From the NCBI GenBank assembly GCA_020697715.1, contig JAEHCO010000001.1, forward strand, positions 128,001-192,000: DNA of 64,000 nt. Reading direction: 5' to 3'. The first letter of the stretch is position 1. Every line of letters starts with the position of its first letter. The notes beneath the pieces were generated by a model. The model worked only from the letters and a program-made list of their open reading frames with translations, had not been told where the DNA came from and searched no databases. Origin of the DNA: Methanobacteriota archaeon. GTDB lineage: Archaea; Thermoplasmatota; Thermoplasmata; SG8-5; JAGLSY01. The position numbers and the translations under genes were made by a program. Below, piece by piece: positions 1 through 9,230 of this stretch.

Positions 1-1
1 A

Positions 2-382
2 AGAGGGGATTGTGATGATCAATCTATATTATTCATCTCATTGTTACGTTCTTTGGGAATACCAGCCTGGTTAGAATTTGGACCACTATATGATTCATTG
101 TCCAATGAGTGGGGAGCTCATGCCTGGGCGAAAGTCTATATTCCTCTTGCAGAAGGTGGAGGGGGAACAGTCACTATTGATGTTGTCAATGACCAGTTCA
201 TGATCAAAGATTGCTCCAGGTTCACTGAGTGGGAAAGTGATGGGGATGACGAGCATTTGAGAGATTATTACAGAACATTGTCCTATTCATACTCATCACC
301 ACAGCCAAATGTCGATATCATTGATTCATATTCAGGAGATTATAAACCATCTAACAGGGACATCGATATTCCACGACCCTGA
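2..382 (+). CDS. Transglutaminase-like domain protein (5'-truncated by the window edge)
   Basis: Frame is open from position 2: RGDCDDQSILFISLLRSLGIPA...HAWAKVY...ID, i.e. the Cys-His-Asp triad motifs of the transglutaminase-like superfamily. Confidence 0.85.
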   Translation, partial: RGDCDDQSILFISLLRSLGIPAWLEFGPLYDSLSNEWGAHAWAKVYIPLAEGGGGTVTIDVVNDQFMIKDCSRFTEWESDGDDEHLRDYYRTLSYSYSSPQPNVDIIDSYSGDYKPSNRDIDIPRP

Positions 383-444
383 GTAATTTTACTCATACTA
401 CCCAATCAAAAGATATATATCTGTCACTCGTTTGACTTAGTAAT

Positions 445-1749
445 ATGTTCCTGGACATTGAAGATATATTGAAGGGCGATCAAGTAGGTGAAGAGGTCTC
501 TATACGAGGCTGGATACACCGCACCAGAAGCAGTGGGTCCATAGTATTTGCAGTATTGAGAGATCCCACTGGCATTGTGCAAGTGACTGTTAAGAAGGGG
601 AATGTGGCTGACGATAAGTTCCAAGAGGCGAAAAATGCACTTGTCGAATCCTCAGTGGCCATCACGGGAACAGTTCATGAAGATGATAGAGCCCCAGGAG
701 GCTATGAGATCAGGGCCAGTGATGTCAAGATATACGATTATGCAGAAGCCTACCCTATAACCAAGGATCAGAGTGAGGAATGGCTCAGAGAGAACAGACA
801 TCTCTGGATCCGGTCGCAAAGAATGACAGCCATAATGAAGATCCGCTCCACCATGACAGGAGCGATCCATGAATTCTTCAGGGAGCTGGAATACCATGAG
901 TTCACACCACCCATACTCCAACCAAATCAATGCGAGGGGGGCTCCACCCTCTTCGAAGTGAAATATTATGATTCAAAGACATATCTCTCCCAGACCTGGC
1001 AATTGTATGCGGAGGCAATGATATTCTCACTTGGCAAGGTGTACGATATGTCACCTACTTTCAGAGCCGAGAAATCCAAGACATCCCGTCACCTTACCGA
1101 GTTCTGGATGGCGGAGATGGAGGCCGCATGGCTGACCTATCTGGACGTCATCGAGATCGCAAAGGATGAGGTCAAATACATCATCATGAGGATACTGGAA
1201 GAGAATGAGAAGGAATTGGAATTTCTGGAGGTCGACATCGAGAACCTAAGAACGATGGTCGAAAAGGAATGGCCGACCATCACCTACACCGAGGGGCTTC
1301 AAATGCTCAAGGAAAAAGATGGTATGGATGTCGAATGGGGCAAAGACCTTCGAACGATCGAAGAGGTCGCTATCATGAAGCATTTTGATACTCCAGTGGC
1401 GGTCATCCAGTACCCGAAAGAGGCCATGGCCTTCTACAAGCCAGTTGAAGAAGATGCGGATGCACCAGGGCCTGTTGCCAAGTGCTTCGATATGCTGGCA
1501 ACTGACGGGACCGAGATAGTCGGCGGCTCGGAAAGGGACACTGATCTCAAAGCTCTCATAGAAAGCCTGGAAAAGGAAGATGAGGATATCGCGAACTATG
1601 ACTGGTATCTGGACCTGAGAAAGTACGGCTCGGTTGTTCATTCGGGATATGGATTGGGTGTTGAGAGAGTGCTGGCCTGGATATGTGGATTGGATAATAT
1701 CAAGGATGCCATCGCATTCCCAAGGACTATGAACCGATTCAAGCCATAG
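445..1749 (+). CDS. asnS: Asparagine--tRNA ligase
   Basis: N-terminal OB fold (RGWIHRTR), motif 2 FRAEKSKTSRHLTEFWMAE, motif 3 HSGYGLGVERVL; class IIb, AsnRS-type. Confidence 0.9.
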   Translation: MFLDIEDILKGDQVGEEVSIRGWIHRTRSSGSIVFAVLRDPTGIVQVTVKKGNVADDKFQEAKNALVESSVAITGTVHEDDRAPGGYEIRASDVKIYDYAEAYPITKDQSEEWLRENRHLWIRSQRMTAIMKIRSTMTGAIHEFFRELEYHEFTPPILQPNQCEGGSTLFEVKYYDSKTYLSQTWQLYAEAMIFSLGKVYDMSPTFRAEKSKTSRHLTEFWMAEMEAAWLTYLDVIEIAKDEVKYIIMRILEENEKELEFLEVDIENLRTMVEKEWPTITYTEGLQMLKEKDGMDVEWGKDLRTIEEVAIMKHFDTPVAVIQYPKEAMAFYKPVEEDADAPGPVAKCFDMLATDGTEIVGGSERDTDLKALIESLEKEDEDIANYDWYLDLRKYGSVVHSGYGLGVERVLAWICGLDNIKDAIAFPRTMNRFKP

Positions 1750-1830
1750 TGATGATCGATCTTCACAAATACACAATACTCAGGATATATTATGTGTGTA
1801 TAAACTTTATATACACAAAGTGTAATCTTT

Positions 1831-2844
1831 ATGGCAATGAAAAAGAAGAAACAAAGGGAATTGAAGGGTATTGGTCTCTTCATAGCAACACTGATATTGG
1901 GCAGTCTGGCACTTGTGCTTCTTTTGGATATGGATTACGATATAATCCCTTTCATAGACCTTGGACTAAGTGATTCCTTACACGAAATGCTGGTTGTTTC
2001 GGTAACACTGTCCTTTATCTGGATATCTCTATGGATACTAGGTTTTTTATTCGAGAGCGTTGCGGCTCCCAGAGTAAAGAGCTATGCTTCCGCTCGTTCC
2101 ATGTGGAAGCTGATAAGCTATTTCATCTGGATCTTCGTTCTTGTTGCATTATTTGTTCTTTATTTGGGAGATGTGGCATCATCGGTCCTAAGCTTGTCCG
2201 TCATTGGTGCGGCACTCACTTTCGTACTGCAAAAGCCATTACTGAATATCATAGGCTGGATCTACATCACCTATTACAGGGTTTACAGGATAGGTGATAG
2301 GATATCCGTGAACAATATTACTGGATTTATTACAGATATCCGAGTAATGGACACTGAACTTCAGGAGATCGGGACCTGGATGGATGGTCATACATTCACT
2401 GGAAGGATCAGTACCTTCCCAAATGCAATTGTCTTTGACCATTCGATGAACAATTATACCAAAGACTCCCCATTCGTATGGGACGAGATCACGAATCTGG
2501 TAACATATGAGAGCGATATCGACAAGGCAAAGCAGTACATGCTGGATGCAACAACAGGGGTCATTGGCAAGAGTATGGAGACGAATTTTGAAACCTATCG
2601 AAAAAATTTGAGCATTCATGATCTAGACAAATTGCTTCCACAAGCTCCAGAGATAAGGATGGACCTGAAGGATTCCGGGGTCAACCTGACCATAATCTAT
2701 TGGTGCAGGATCGAACAGAGGAGGGTCATAAAATCCCAGATAGTCGAAGGCATCTGGAGGAAGTTCATGGAAGACCCAGATGTTGGAATAGCGTATCCTC
2801 ATGTGGAAATTGTCCAGGGTAGGAAGTGCTCGCAAGAATCCTGA
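1831..2844 (+). CDS. Mechanosensitive ion channel, MscS family
   Basis: N-terminal TM helices followed by YRIGDRISV..GFITDIRVMDT and the C-terminal GIAYPH MscS motif. Confidence 0.85.
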   Translation: MAMKKKKQRELKGIGLFIATLILGSLALVLLLDMDYDIIPFIDLGLSDSLHEMLVVSVTLSFIWISLWILGFLFESVAAPRVKSYASARSMWKLISYFIWIFVLVALFVLYLGDVASSVLSLSVIGAALTFVLQKPLLNIIGWIYITYYRVYRIGDRISVNNITGFITDIRVMDTELQEIGTWMDGHTFTGRISTFPNAIVFDHSMNNYTKDSPFVWDEITNLVTYESDIDKAKQYMLDATTGVIGKSMETNFETYRKNLSIHDLDKLLPQAPEIRMDLKDSGVNLTIIYWCRIEQRRVIKSQIVEGIWRKFMEDPDVGIAYPHVEIVQGRKCSQES

Positions 2845-2896
2845 TATAGGACCATGACCATATTTTTTAAACCTGACCTGCTTATGTGTGATCGAT

Positions 2897-3766
2897 ATGG
2901 CATCCGCTGAATTTGAACTATTGAATCTCATTTCATTGCTCTTACTGGGCATTGGTTTCTTCTGGAAAGATAGAAGATGCCACATAGCAAGGGCTCTGGG
3001 ATGGGCAGGTCTCGGCATATACTGGCTCACCAAGGCCACACCCTATCTCGCACACAGTGATTGGATAAATGGCCTGGGATCCTCCATGGCATTCCCCATT
3101 TTTCTTTTCCTCGCATATCATGAATGGAAGTCGTATGAATGGGATGAGGAATATCATCCGCTCAGGTTCGTGACAGGGGCGATGTTCATTGCTGGCATCT
3201 CGTACTTGTTGATCGGGAATGTGCCGATCATACCCAAGATCATAATAGGGACTGTGGCAGAACACAGCGTCTGGCTGGCCAATCTCTTTGGATATGAATT
3301 CTGGGTCGAAGGGGTGACCTCCACAGGCGCTCCTTTAGGTGGACATGGCATCAATATCACGATCGTGCTGGAATGCACAGCCATACAGGCATTTCTAGTC
3401 GCTGGATCCTTTCTCTTTGGAAGCAGAGGCGATCCAAAAAAGAGGGCGGTGATATTCGCCCTCTTCATTCCAGTCATCTACATAACCAATTTGATCAGGA
3501 ACGCGCTGGTCATGATACTGGTCGCTGATAATGGCATTGAATATTTTGAATTCGCCCACAATAGCATTGGCAAAACTATGAGCCTGGTGGTTCTCATAGT
3601 CCTGATATTGATAGCATTCTGGAAGGTGCCGGAGCTTTATGAGGACATAAACGGGATGTTCGACCTGCCCTGGAGGAGGAAGCCTGGGCATGATTATCTC
3701 AAGTTCGTGGGAAGGCTTTACGATAAGAAAGAGCCAGAAAAAAATGATGAAGTGGAAAAAGAGTGA
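2897..3766 (+). CDS. artA: Archaeosortase A (exosortase family transpeptidase)
   Basis: Multi-TM protein with catalytic Cys in LECTAIQ, NLIRN and AHNSIGK. ORF track starts at GTG 2888; ATG 2897 preferred. Confidence 0.85.
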   Translation: MASAEFELLNLISLLLLGIGFFWKDRRCHIARALGWAGLGIYWLTKATPYLAHSDWINGLGSSMAFPIFLFLAYHEWKSYEWDEEYHPLRFVTGAMFIAGISYLLIGNVPIIPKIIIGTVAEHSVWLANLFGYEFWVEGVTSTGAPLGGHGINITIVLECTAIQAFLVAGSFLFGSRGDPKKRAVIFALFIPVIYITNLIRNALVMILVADNGIEYFEFAHNSIGKTMSLVVLIVLILIAFWKVPELYEDINGMFDLPWRRKPGHDYLKFVGRLYDKKEPEKNDEVEKE

Positions 3767-3785
3767 TATTCATTTCCTAATTCAT

Positions 3786-4952
3786 TCAGGAAGAAGTTCC
3801 TTCGATTATCGATATCATCCTCTGTATATCGATCTCGTCATTAAGGGAATAGATGATGTCCTTTCCTTTCCTATTCTTTCTTATGACGTCCGCGGCCATG
3901 AGCCTTTTCGCGTGCCAGTTGACGGTCGATGGGTGAATGCTCAATACTTGGGAAAGAGCTTGTTGATTGATCTCATCACCCCGTGCCAGTATCTTGACGA
4001 TATTCCTGGAGGTGTCATTCTTCAATACAGATATCACCGCCTTGTATTCCTGGCCATTAGTGAACCTGCTGAAACCATTCTGATTGACATAATAATGCTT
4101 GTACTTTCCAGGTTTGTGCGATACGATCTTATCACTGACCTCCAGAACATAGAGGTGATGCCTCGCACTGCTGGATGACATACTGAATTCCTTCGTGATG
4201 CTGGCCAGATGTTCTCCAGGATTCTGAGATATGAACTCGTAAATATGCTTCCTCACTCCGCCCATTATATCCTCATTGCTCAGCCTGGCGAACATGAGGG
4301 AGAAGAAAACGGAGCAGATCACTATATAAGCAATGGACTGGAATTTCCAGGTATCTGAAGAAAGAGATAGACCTTGAGCATCAGAGGCATCCGAATTGCT
4401 TGTGGTATTCGAGGTACTTGCACCATCCGCGGCAGAATCTACTACATCATCCTGATCGAGTGGTATCGCGTACAGGACTCTTTCATCCGCGGCATCCTCT
4501 GAAGGTGTGGATCCAGCTCCAAGCGAATCCGTGTAATTCCAATCATCGTAGATCATTTCATACGATTCATTATCGTATTTGATGAAAAGGGTCTCATTGA
4601 CAATATCCGAAGTATCGTAGAACAAAGCGATGTCGTAGTCACCATCACTGGCGACATAGACCGGTTCTTCCGCCAGGGTGTCATTTGTGAAAGTGTAATA
4701 ACTGGCCCCTTCATCGTACTCGATATAATTGCCATCAATAATTGCAGTCGCTGGGTATTGGGGAGCATCAGTGGTATTGTCAGTGTCATCGACCGGGTCG
4801 TCAACCGGATCATCGACCACGTTGTCGATCACATCACTGCCGCCATCCCCTCCATTTCCGGTATCGAAAGCATCAGCTGGCACGATCAAAGCGAGTCCCA
4901 GGAAAAGGGCGATAACAAAGCTGACCACGAGAAGCCATTTCTTCCCTTTCAT
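3786..4952 (-). CDS. Membrane-anchored tandem winged helix-turn-helix regulator (COG3398-like) with a secreted acidic N-domain
   Basis: Signal peptide ending ADA, D/T-rich ectodomain, TM helix FQSIAYIVICSVFFSLMF, then RKHIYEFISQNPGEHL..HHLYVLE and a second HTH (QQALSQVLSIHPSTVNWHAKRL). Confidence 0.8.
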   Translation of the reverse strand: MKGKKWLLVVSFVIALFLGLALIVPADAFDTGNGGDGGSDVIDNVVDDPVDDPVDDTDNTTDAPQYPATAIIDGNYIEYDEGASYYTFTNDTLAEEPVYVASDGDYDIALFYDTSDIVNETLFIKYDNESYEMIYDDWNYTDSLGAGSTPSEDAADERVLYAIPLDQDDVVDSAADGASTSNTTSNSDASDAQGLSLSSDTWKFQSIAYIVICSVFFSLMFARLSNEDIMGGVRKHIYEFISQNPGEHLASITKEFSMSSSSARHHLYVLEVSDKIVSHKPGKYKHYYVNQNGFSRFTNGQEYKAVISVLKNDTSRNIVKILARGDEINQQALSQVLSIHPSTVNWHAKRLMAADVIRKNRKGKDIIYSLNDEIDIQRMISIIEGTSS

Positions 4953-5122
4953 TAATTAAATCATGTTATTTCATTATTAAAAGGTTTGTGGCATGATGGT
5001 GCGATTGAAGGGATTGGAATGGAAACGAATTTCTATAGAATTGATGAGGAAATACCCAAAATCCTTTTATCCCATCATTGTTTCGCCCTCATACCGAGAC
5101 ATGACGTGGTTGTGTACAAAAT

Positions 5123-5196
5123 GGGCAAGTAGATCAGCTCGGAAGATCGCTTCCTTGGCATGGAAGAGGGCGCGAGTTCAAATCTCGCCTTGTCCA
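5123..5196 (+). tRNA. tRNA-Ala(GGC)
   Basis: Acceptor GGGCAAG/CTTGTCC with G3:U70, anticodon arm CTTCC-TTGGCAT-GGAAG, T arm GCGAG-TTCAAAT-CTCGC; CCA not encoded. Confidence 0.95.
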
Positions 5197-5221
5197 CTTA
5201 TTTTTTATTTTGATAGCATAC

Positions 5222-5277
5222 GTGGACAAGGCTCGCCCGCAGAATTCTGGCGAATTCCGCTTGTCCCGCCTTGTCCA
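5222..5277 (+). repeat. tRNA-Ala 3'-end echo: inverted copy, hairpin and direct copy
   Basis: GTGGACAAGGC (5222-5232) is the reverse complement of 5187-5197; CGCCTTGTCCA at 5267-5277 repeats 5186-5196. Confidence 0.85.
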
Positions 5278-5331
5278 TTTTCATTTTTTTAAAAAGAAAT
5301 TAATATATCCACAATCTCCATTACACGCTCG

Positions 5332-7449
5332 ATGGAAACCATAACTCAGATGGAAAAGATGTTCGCACCCACCTCGGTGGCCATTATCGGAGCATCGGGC
5401 AGAGAAGGGAGTATCGGCTACAGTCTTGTGATGAATCTTGTGAGTGGAGGCTTCAAGGGCGATGTCTTCCCTATCAATCCAAGATATGATTCTGTTTACG
5501 ATCTCAAGTGCTATGATTCGATAACCAACCTGCCGATCGTGCCGGATCTGACATTACTGGCGGTTCCTGCGAATGTGTCAAATGACACGATCAAACAAGC
5601 ATGTGAACACGGCTGCCGCATGTTCATCAATATCGCATCCGGATTTGCAGAGGTCGGGCGCCGCGATCTGGAATGGGATATGAAAGACATTCTGGAAAAG
5701 TATGGGGCCAGAATGTTGGGGCCCAATGTTTTTGGAGTTTATTCCGCCAAGGCCAGTATGAACGCCACCTTCGGGCCTTCGGTTGTCAAGCCTGGTAATG
5801 TTGGCTTGATCTCGCAGAGCGGGGCACTTGGTGTGGCGCTGATGGGGAAAACTGTCACTGAAGGGATCGGTCTTTCAGCAGTGGTCAGCCTTGGTAACAA
5901 GGCCGATATTTCGGAGTGCGAAGCACTCGAGTACCTGGGCAATGACGATATCACGGAAGTTATTTTTCTTTATTTAGAGGGGTCGAAGGACGGTCGCAGG
6001 CTGATGGACATCGCGAAGAAGGTGTCCATGAAGAAGCCGATAATCGCTATAAAATCTGGGAGCTCCGCTCGCGGTGCTCTAGCTGCTGCTTCCCACACAG
6101 GCTCCCTCGCGGGCTCGGATAAGATATTCAGTGCCGCACTAGAGCAAGCTGGTATCCTACGTGCTCTAAATCTTGAGGATGGCTTTGGATGGTTGAGGGC
6201 CATGGCGGAGGTTCCGATACCAAGTATGGATGGAGCCGTCATAGTCACCAATGGTGGTGGCATTGGTGTTATTTCCTCTGATTCCGCAGAAAGATACGGG
6301 GTCAGGCTGATGGATGATACGAAAATGCTTGAAGAGCTCTTCCGCCCCACGATGCCTTCCTATGGAAGCACGAAGAATCCCATTGACATCACTGGCCAGG
6401 GCAAGAACAAGGAATATGAGATGGCACTGGACATCGCGCTTGAGGATGATCGAATACCGGCGATCGTCGGGCTTTATTGTCAAACTGCGACCGGTGACCC
6501 GACGGAGATCGCTGATGCGGCCATATCCAGTATCAGGAAGGCTAAAAAGAAGAAACCTATTGTATTTTCCATGGTCGGTGGCAAGGGAATAGCAGAATCC
6601 ATAGCGAGATTGAATATGGCCGGAATTCCCAGTTATGCCTCACCAGATGGAGCCATGTCCGCCATGGGCGCTCTGTATAAGAGGTTCAGACGGCTGAAAG
6701 TGAAGAGTGAGGAGCCAGAAGAGTTCGACATGGACATTGAGAAGATCAAGGGCATAGTGAAAAAGACCTGGGATACTGGAATGTCCAGCCTGACGGAGGA
6801 TGATTGTAATCTGATCCTGAGGGAAGCTGGACTGTCCTTCCCCAAATCCGAGATAGCGAAGGATCTGAAGGAAGCGAAGAAGGTGGCCAATGAGATCGGC
6901 TATCCAGTGGTGATGAAGATCCTTTCCCCGGATATCCTGCACAAGACGGAATTTGGAGGAGTGCGTCTTGATCTGGAGGACGACGAGGAGCTGGAAGTGG
7001 CCTATGAGTCCATCATGGCCAGTGTTCGCAATCGGTTTGAAAAGGCTCGTGTGAACGGTGTATTGATAACCGAGATGGTGAAGGATTGTACAGAGATGAT
7101 CCTGGGTTTCTCTCAAGATCCGTCCTTCGGGCCTGTCATTATGTTCGGAATGGGAGGCATATATGTCGAGATCCTTCAGGACGTGGCTTTCAGAGTGGCA
7201 CCAGTATCGAAGCTTGAGATAACGGGCATGATACAGGAAATAAGCTCATACCCGATCTTGGCCGGAGCAAGAGGCAAGAATCTGCGAGATATCGAGGCAT
7301 TGGCCGATGCAGTTTCAAGAATATCATATTTATCCACCCATGTTCCAGAGATAGTGGAACTGGATATCAATCCTTTAATGGCAATGGACCAGGGAAAGGG
7401 ATGCCTGGTCGTTGATTCCAGGATGACCATAAGAGGTGAAGTGAAATGA
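5332..7449 (+). CDS. Acetate/acyl-CoA ligase (ADP-forming), fused alpha-beta
   Basis: CoA-binding SVAIIGAS, LGPNVFG, SQSGA, phospho-His ASHTGSLAG, ATP-grasp GYPVVMKI..HKTEFGGV, FGPVIMFGMGG, ELDINPL. Confidence 0.9.
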   Translation: METITQMEKMFAPTSVAIIGASGREGSIGYSLVMNLVSGGFKGDVFPINPRYDSVYDLKCYDSITNLPIVPDLTLLAVPANVSNDTIKQACEHGCRMFINIASGFAEVGRRDLEWDMKDILEKYGARMLGPNVFGVYSAKASMNATFGPSVVKPGNVGLISQSGALGVALMGKTVTEGIGLSAVVSLGNKADISECEALEYLGNDDITEVIFLYLEGSKDGRRLMDIAKKVSMKKPIIAIKSGSSARGALAAASHTGSLAGSDKIFSAALEQAGILRALNLEDGFGWLRAMAEVPIPSMDGAVIVTNGGGIGVISSDSAERYGVRLMDDTKMLEELFRPTMPSYGSTKNPIDITGQGKNKEYEMALDIALEDDRIPAIVGLYCQTATGDPTEIADAAISSIRKAKKKKPIVFSMVGGKGIAESIARLNMAGIPSYASPDGAMSAMGALYKRFRRLKVKSEEPEEFDMDIEKIKGIVKKTWDTGMSSLTEDDCNLILREAGLSFPKSEIAKDLKEAKKVANEIGYPVVMKILSPDILHKTEFGGVRLDLEDDEELEVAYESIMASVRNRFEKARVNGVLITEMVKDCTEMILGFSQDPSFGPVIMFGMGGIYVEILQDVAFRVAPVSKLEITGMIQEISSYPILAGARGKNLRDIEALADAVSRISYLSTHVPEIVELDINPLMAMDQGKGCLVVDSRMTIRGEVK

Positions 7450-8486
7450 AAAAACTGATAATCACATCAACAAGGACTCATGCAGGGAAAACAACGATAG
7501 GGACTGGAATCGCATTGAATTCAGATATGAAATGCGGTTATTTCAAGCCCCTTGGCGATAAGCCCGTGTACACGAAGAAGACACTTCTGGATCGAGACAC
7601 CGAAGTGTTCAATGAGTGGTTGGGTCTCGATATCGACCCAAACGATTGTTGTATCGGCTTCGAGCATGAGAAGGTGAGCTCGTCCTGCAAGCTGGCAGGA
7701 GCAGATGAGACATTGAAAGAAAGGTTCGCGAATATATCCGAGGGTAAGGATATGATGATCATCGAAAGTGGAAGGAATTACACTTTCGGAAGCTCCCTCT
7801 GCATGGATGCGGATTCCCTGGGAAACACATTTGGCGGAGATATCATCCTTGTCGCGCAGGGAGATGCGAGATTGGTGATCGACAAGGTCATCGGGGCCGC
7901 CAAGGTATTCCGATCCACAGATTCCAAATTGGCCGGAGTCATCGTGAACAAGCTGAAAGATGAGGATAGGCAAATGCTGGATGATGAGATAATTCCAGCA
8001 TTGGAAGAGGAGAATATCGATTATCTGGGATACGTGCCTCATGCTATGGAGCTGGAAAAGGCCAAGGTATCTCTGGTAGTGGATAAACTGCATGCCAAGC
8101 TGGTGGCAGGTGCCGGCGGCCTAGAAAAACAGATACAGAAGGTGATGGTCGGTGCTTTGAGTGCTGACGCGGCTCTGAGGATGCCCGCTTTCCAGAATGA
8201 GGGGAAGATGCTCATAACTGGCGGCGATCGGGTGGACCTCATACTTGTTTCACTGGCAGAAGATACTGCTGGTATCATACTCACGAACAATGTTCTACCT
8301 CATCCACGTATACTTTCAAAGGCCGATCAGCTGAATGTGCCAGTCATGTCCGTTCCTATGGACACTTACACGACAGCGAAGATGGTCGAGCATATAGTCG
8401 CGGAGCTGATGCCAGCTGATGAGGATAAGAAGGAACTTATTCGCAATCTTGTCAAGGAAAATGTCATGCTGGACAAAATATTATGA
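7446..8486 (+). CDS. Phosphotransacetylase N-terminal-like protein (BioD-like P-loop + DRTGG domain)
   Basis: HAGKTT P-loop, GYFKPLG, IIESG, LITGGDRVDL (DRTGG); no Pta catalytic domain; ATGA overlap with the ligase gene. Confidence 0.85.
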   Translation: MKKLIITSTRTHAGKTTIGTGIALNSDMKCGYFKPLGDKPVYTKKTLLDRDTEVFNEWLGLDIDPNDCCIGFEHEKVSSSCKLAGADETLKERFANISEGKDMMIIESGRNYTFGSSLCMDADSLGNTFGGDIILVAQGDARLVIDKVIGAAKVFRSTDSKLAGVIVNKLKDEDRQMLDDEIIPALEEENIDYLGYVPHAMELEKAKVSLVVDKLHAKLVAGAGGLEKQIQKVMVGALSADAALRMPAFQNEGKMLITGGDRVDLILVSLAEDTAGIILTNNVLPHPRILSKADQLNVPVMSVPMDTYTTAKMVEHIVAELMPADEDKKELIRNLVKENVMLDKIL

Positions 8487-9121
8487 TATACAATAAGGAA
8501 AAAGTTGCAGAACTATTCGATGGTAAAGTGGAGCATATCGAAAACAGGCCTGATGATGCCATGTTCAAGCAGGTGGGTTCAAAGGCATTGGAAGCACTTG
8601 AATTGGAACCACAAGATATTCTTCTGGATGCTGGAACAGGAGCTGGGAGGAATGCGATCAAGGCCGCATTGTCATGTTCCAGGGTTATCGGCATAGACAT
8701 AAGCCACAAGAGTCTGGACAGAGCGAGGATCAAAGCCTCTGAAAAAGGCTTTGACAACCTGAAATTCCTGTATGGTTCCATCGAAGAACCAAATGAAGAT
8801 GCGGATCTTACTTCATATGGTATCAACAAGATCCTGGTCAATTACGCATTGCACCATTTGCCGGATGAATTGAAGAAGCAGGGATTGACAAAACTGGCAG
8901 GTATGATGAAAAGACCTGGTAGGATGGTCATTGGTGATATCATGTTCTTCGAGAGCCCGGAAAAACATGATAGTAAATTCGAAGAAGTCGGATACGATGG
9001 TGGAGAGCATGATTTTCCATCCAGCATGGAATTCCTGAGAGAGGCACTTGAAGAACTGGGAGCGAATGTCAGAGTGGAGAGATTGCATCCACTGGCTGGT
9101 GTGATGATCGCGGACTTTTAA
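8483..9121 (+). CDS. Class I SAM-dependent methyltransferase
   Basis: LLDAGTGAG, VIGIDIS, ALHHLP, MKRPGRMVIGD. Confidence 0.85.
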   Translation: MIYNKEKVAELFDGKVEHIENRPDDAMFKQVGSKALEALELEPQDILLDAGTGAGRNAIKAALSCSRVIGIDISHKSLDRARIKASEKGFDNLKFLYGSIEEPNEDADLTSYGINKILVNYALHHLPDELKKQGLTKLAGMMKRPGRMVIGDIMFFESPEKHDSKFEEVGYDGGEHDFPSSMEFLREALEELGANVRVERLHPLAGVMIADF

Positions 9122-9230
9122 CTATCAGTATTACTATCATTAATTAGATCTGTAAAGTATTACCTATTTTAGTATTATAAGAACAATTAGTTTGAACAAC
9201 TAATCAACTATTGTGATATAGAGGATGTAA

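Noticed and set aside
4993-5292. ORF 4993..5292 (and likewise 27263..27706)
   Set aside because: These overlap tRNA genes and are spurious.
9121-9230. AGTATTA x3 and a small hairpin between convergent genes
   Set aside because: Short AT-rich matches are expected by chance; at most a terminator region.
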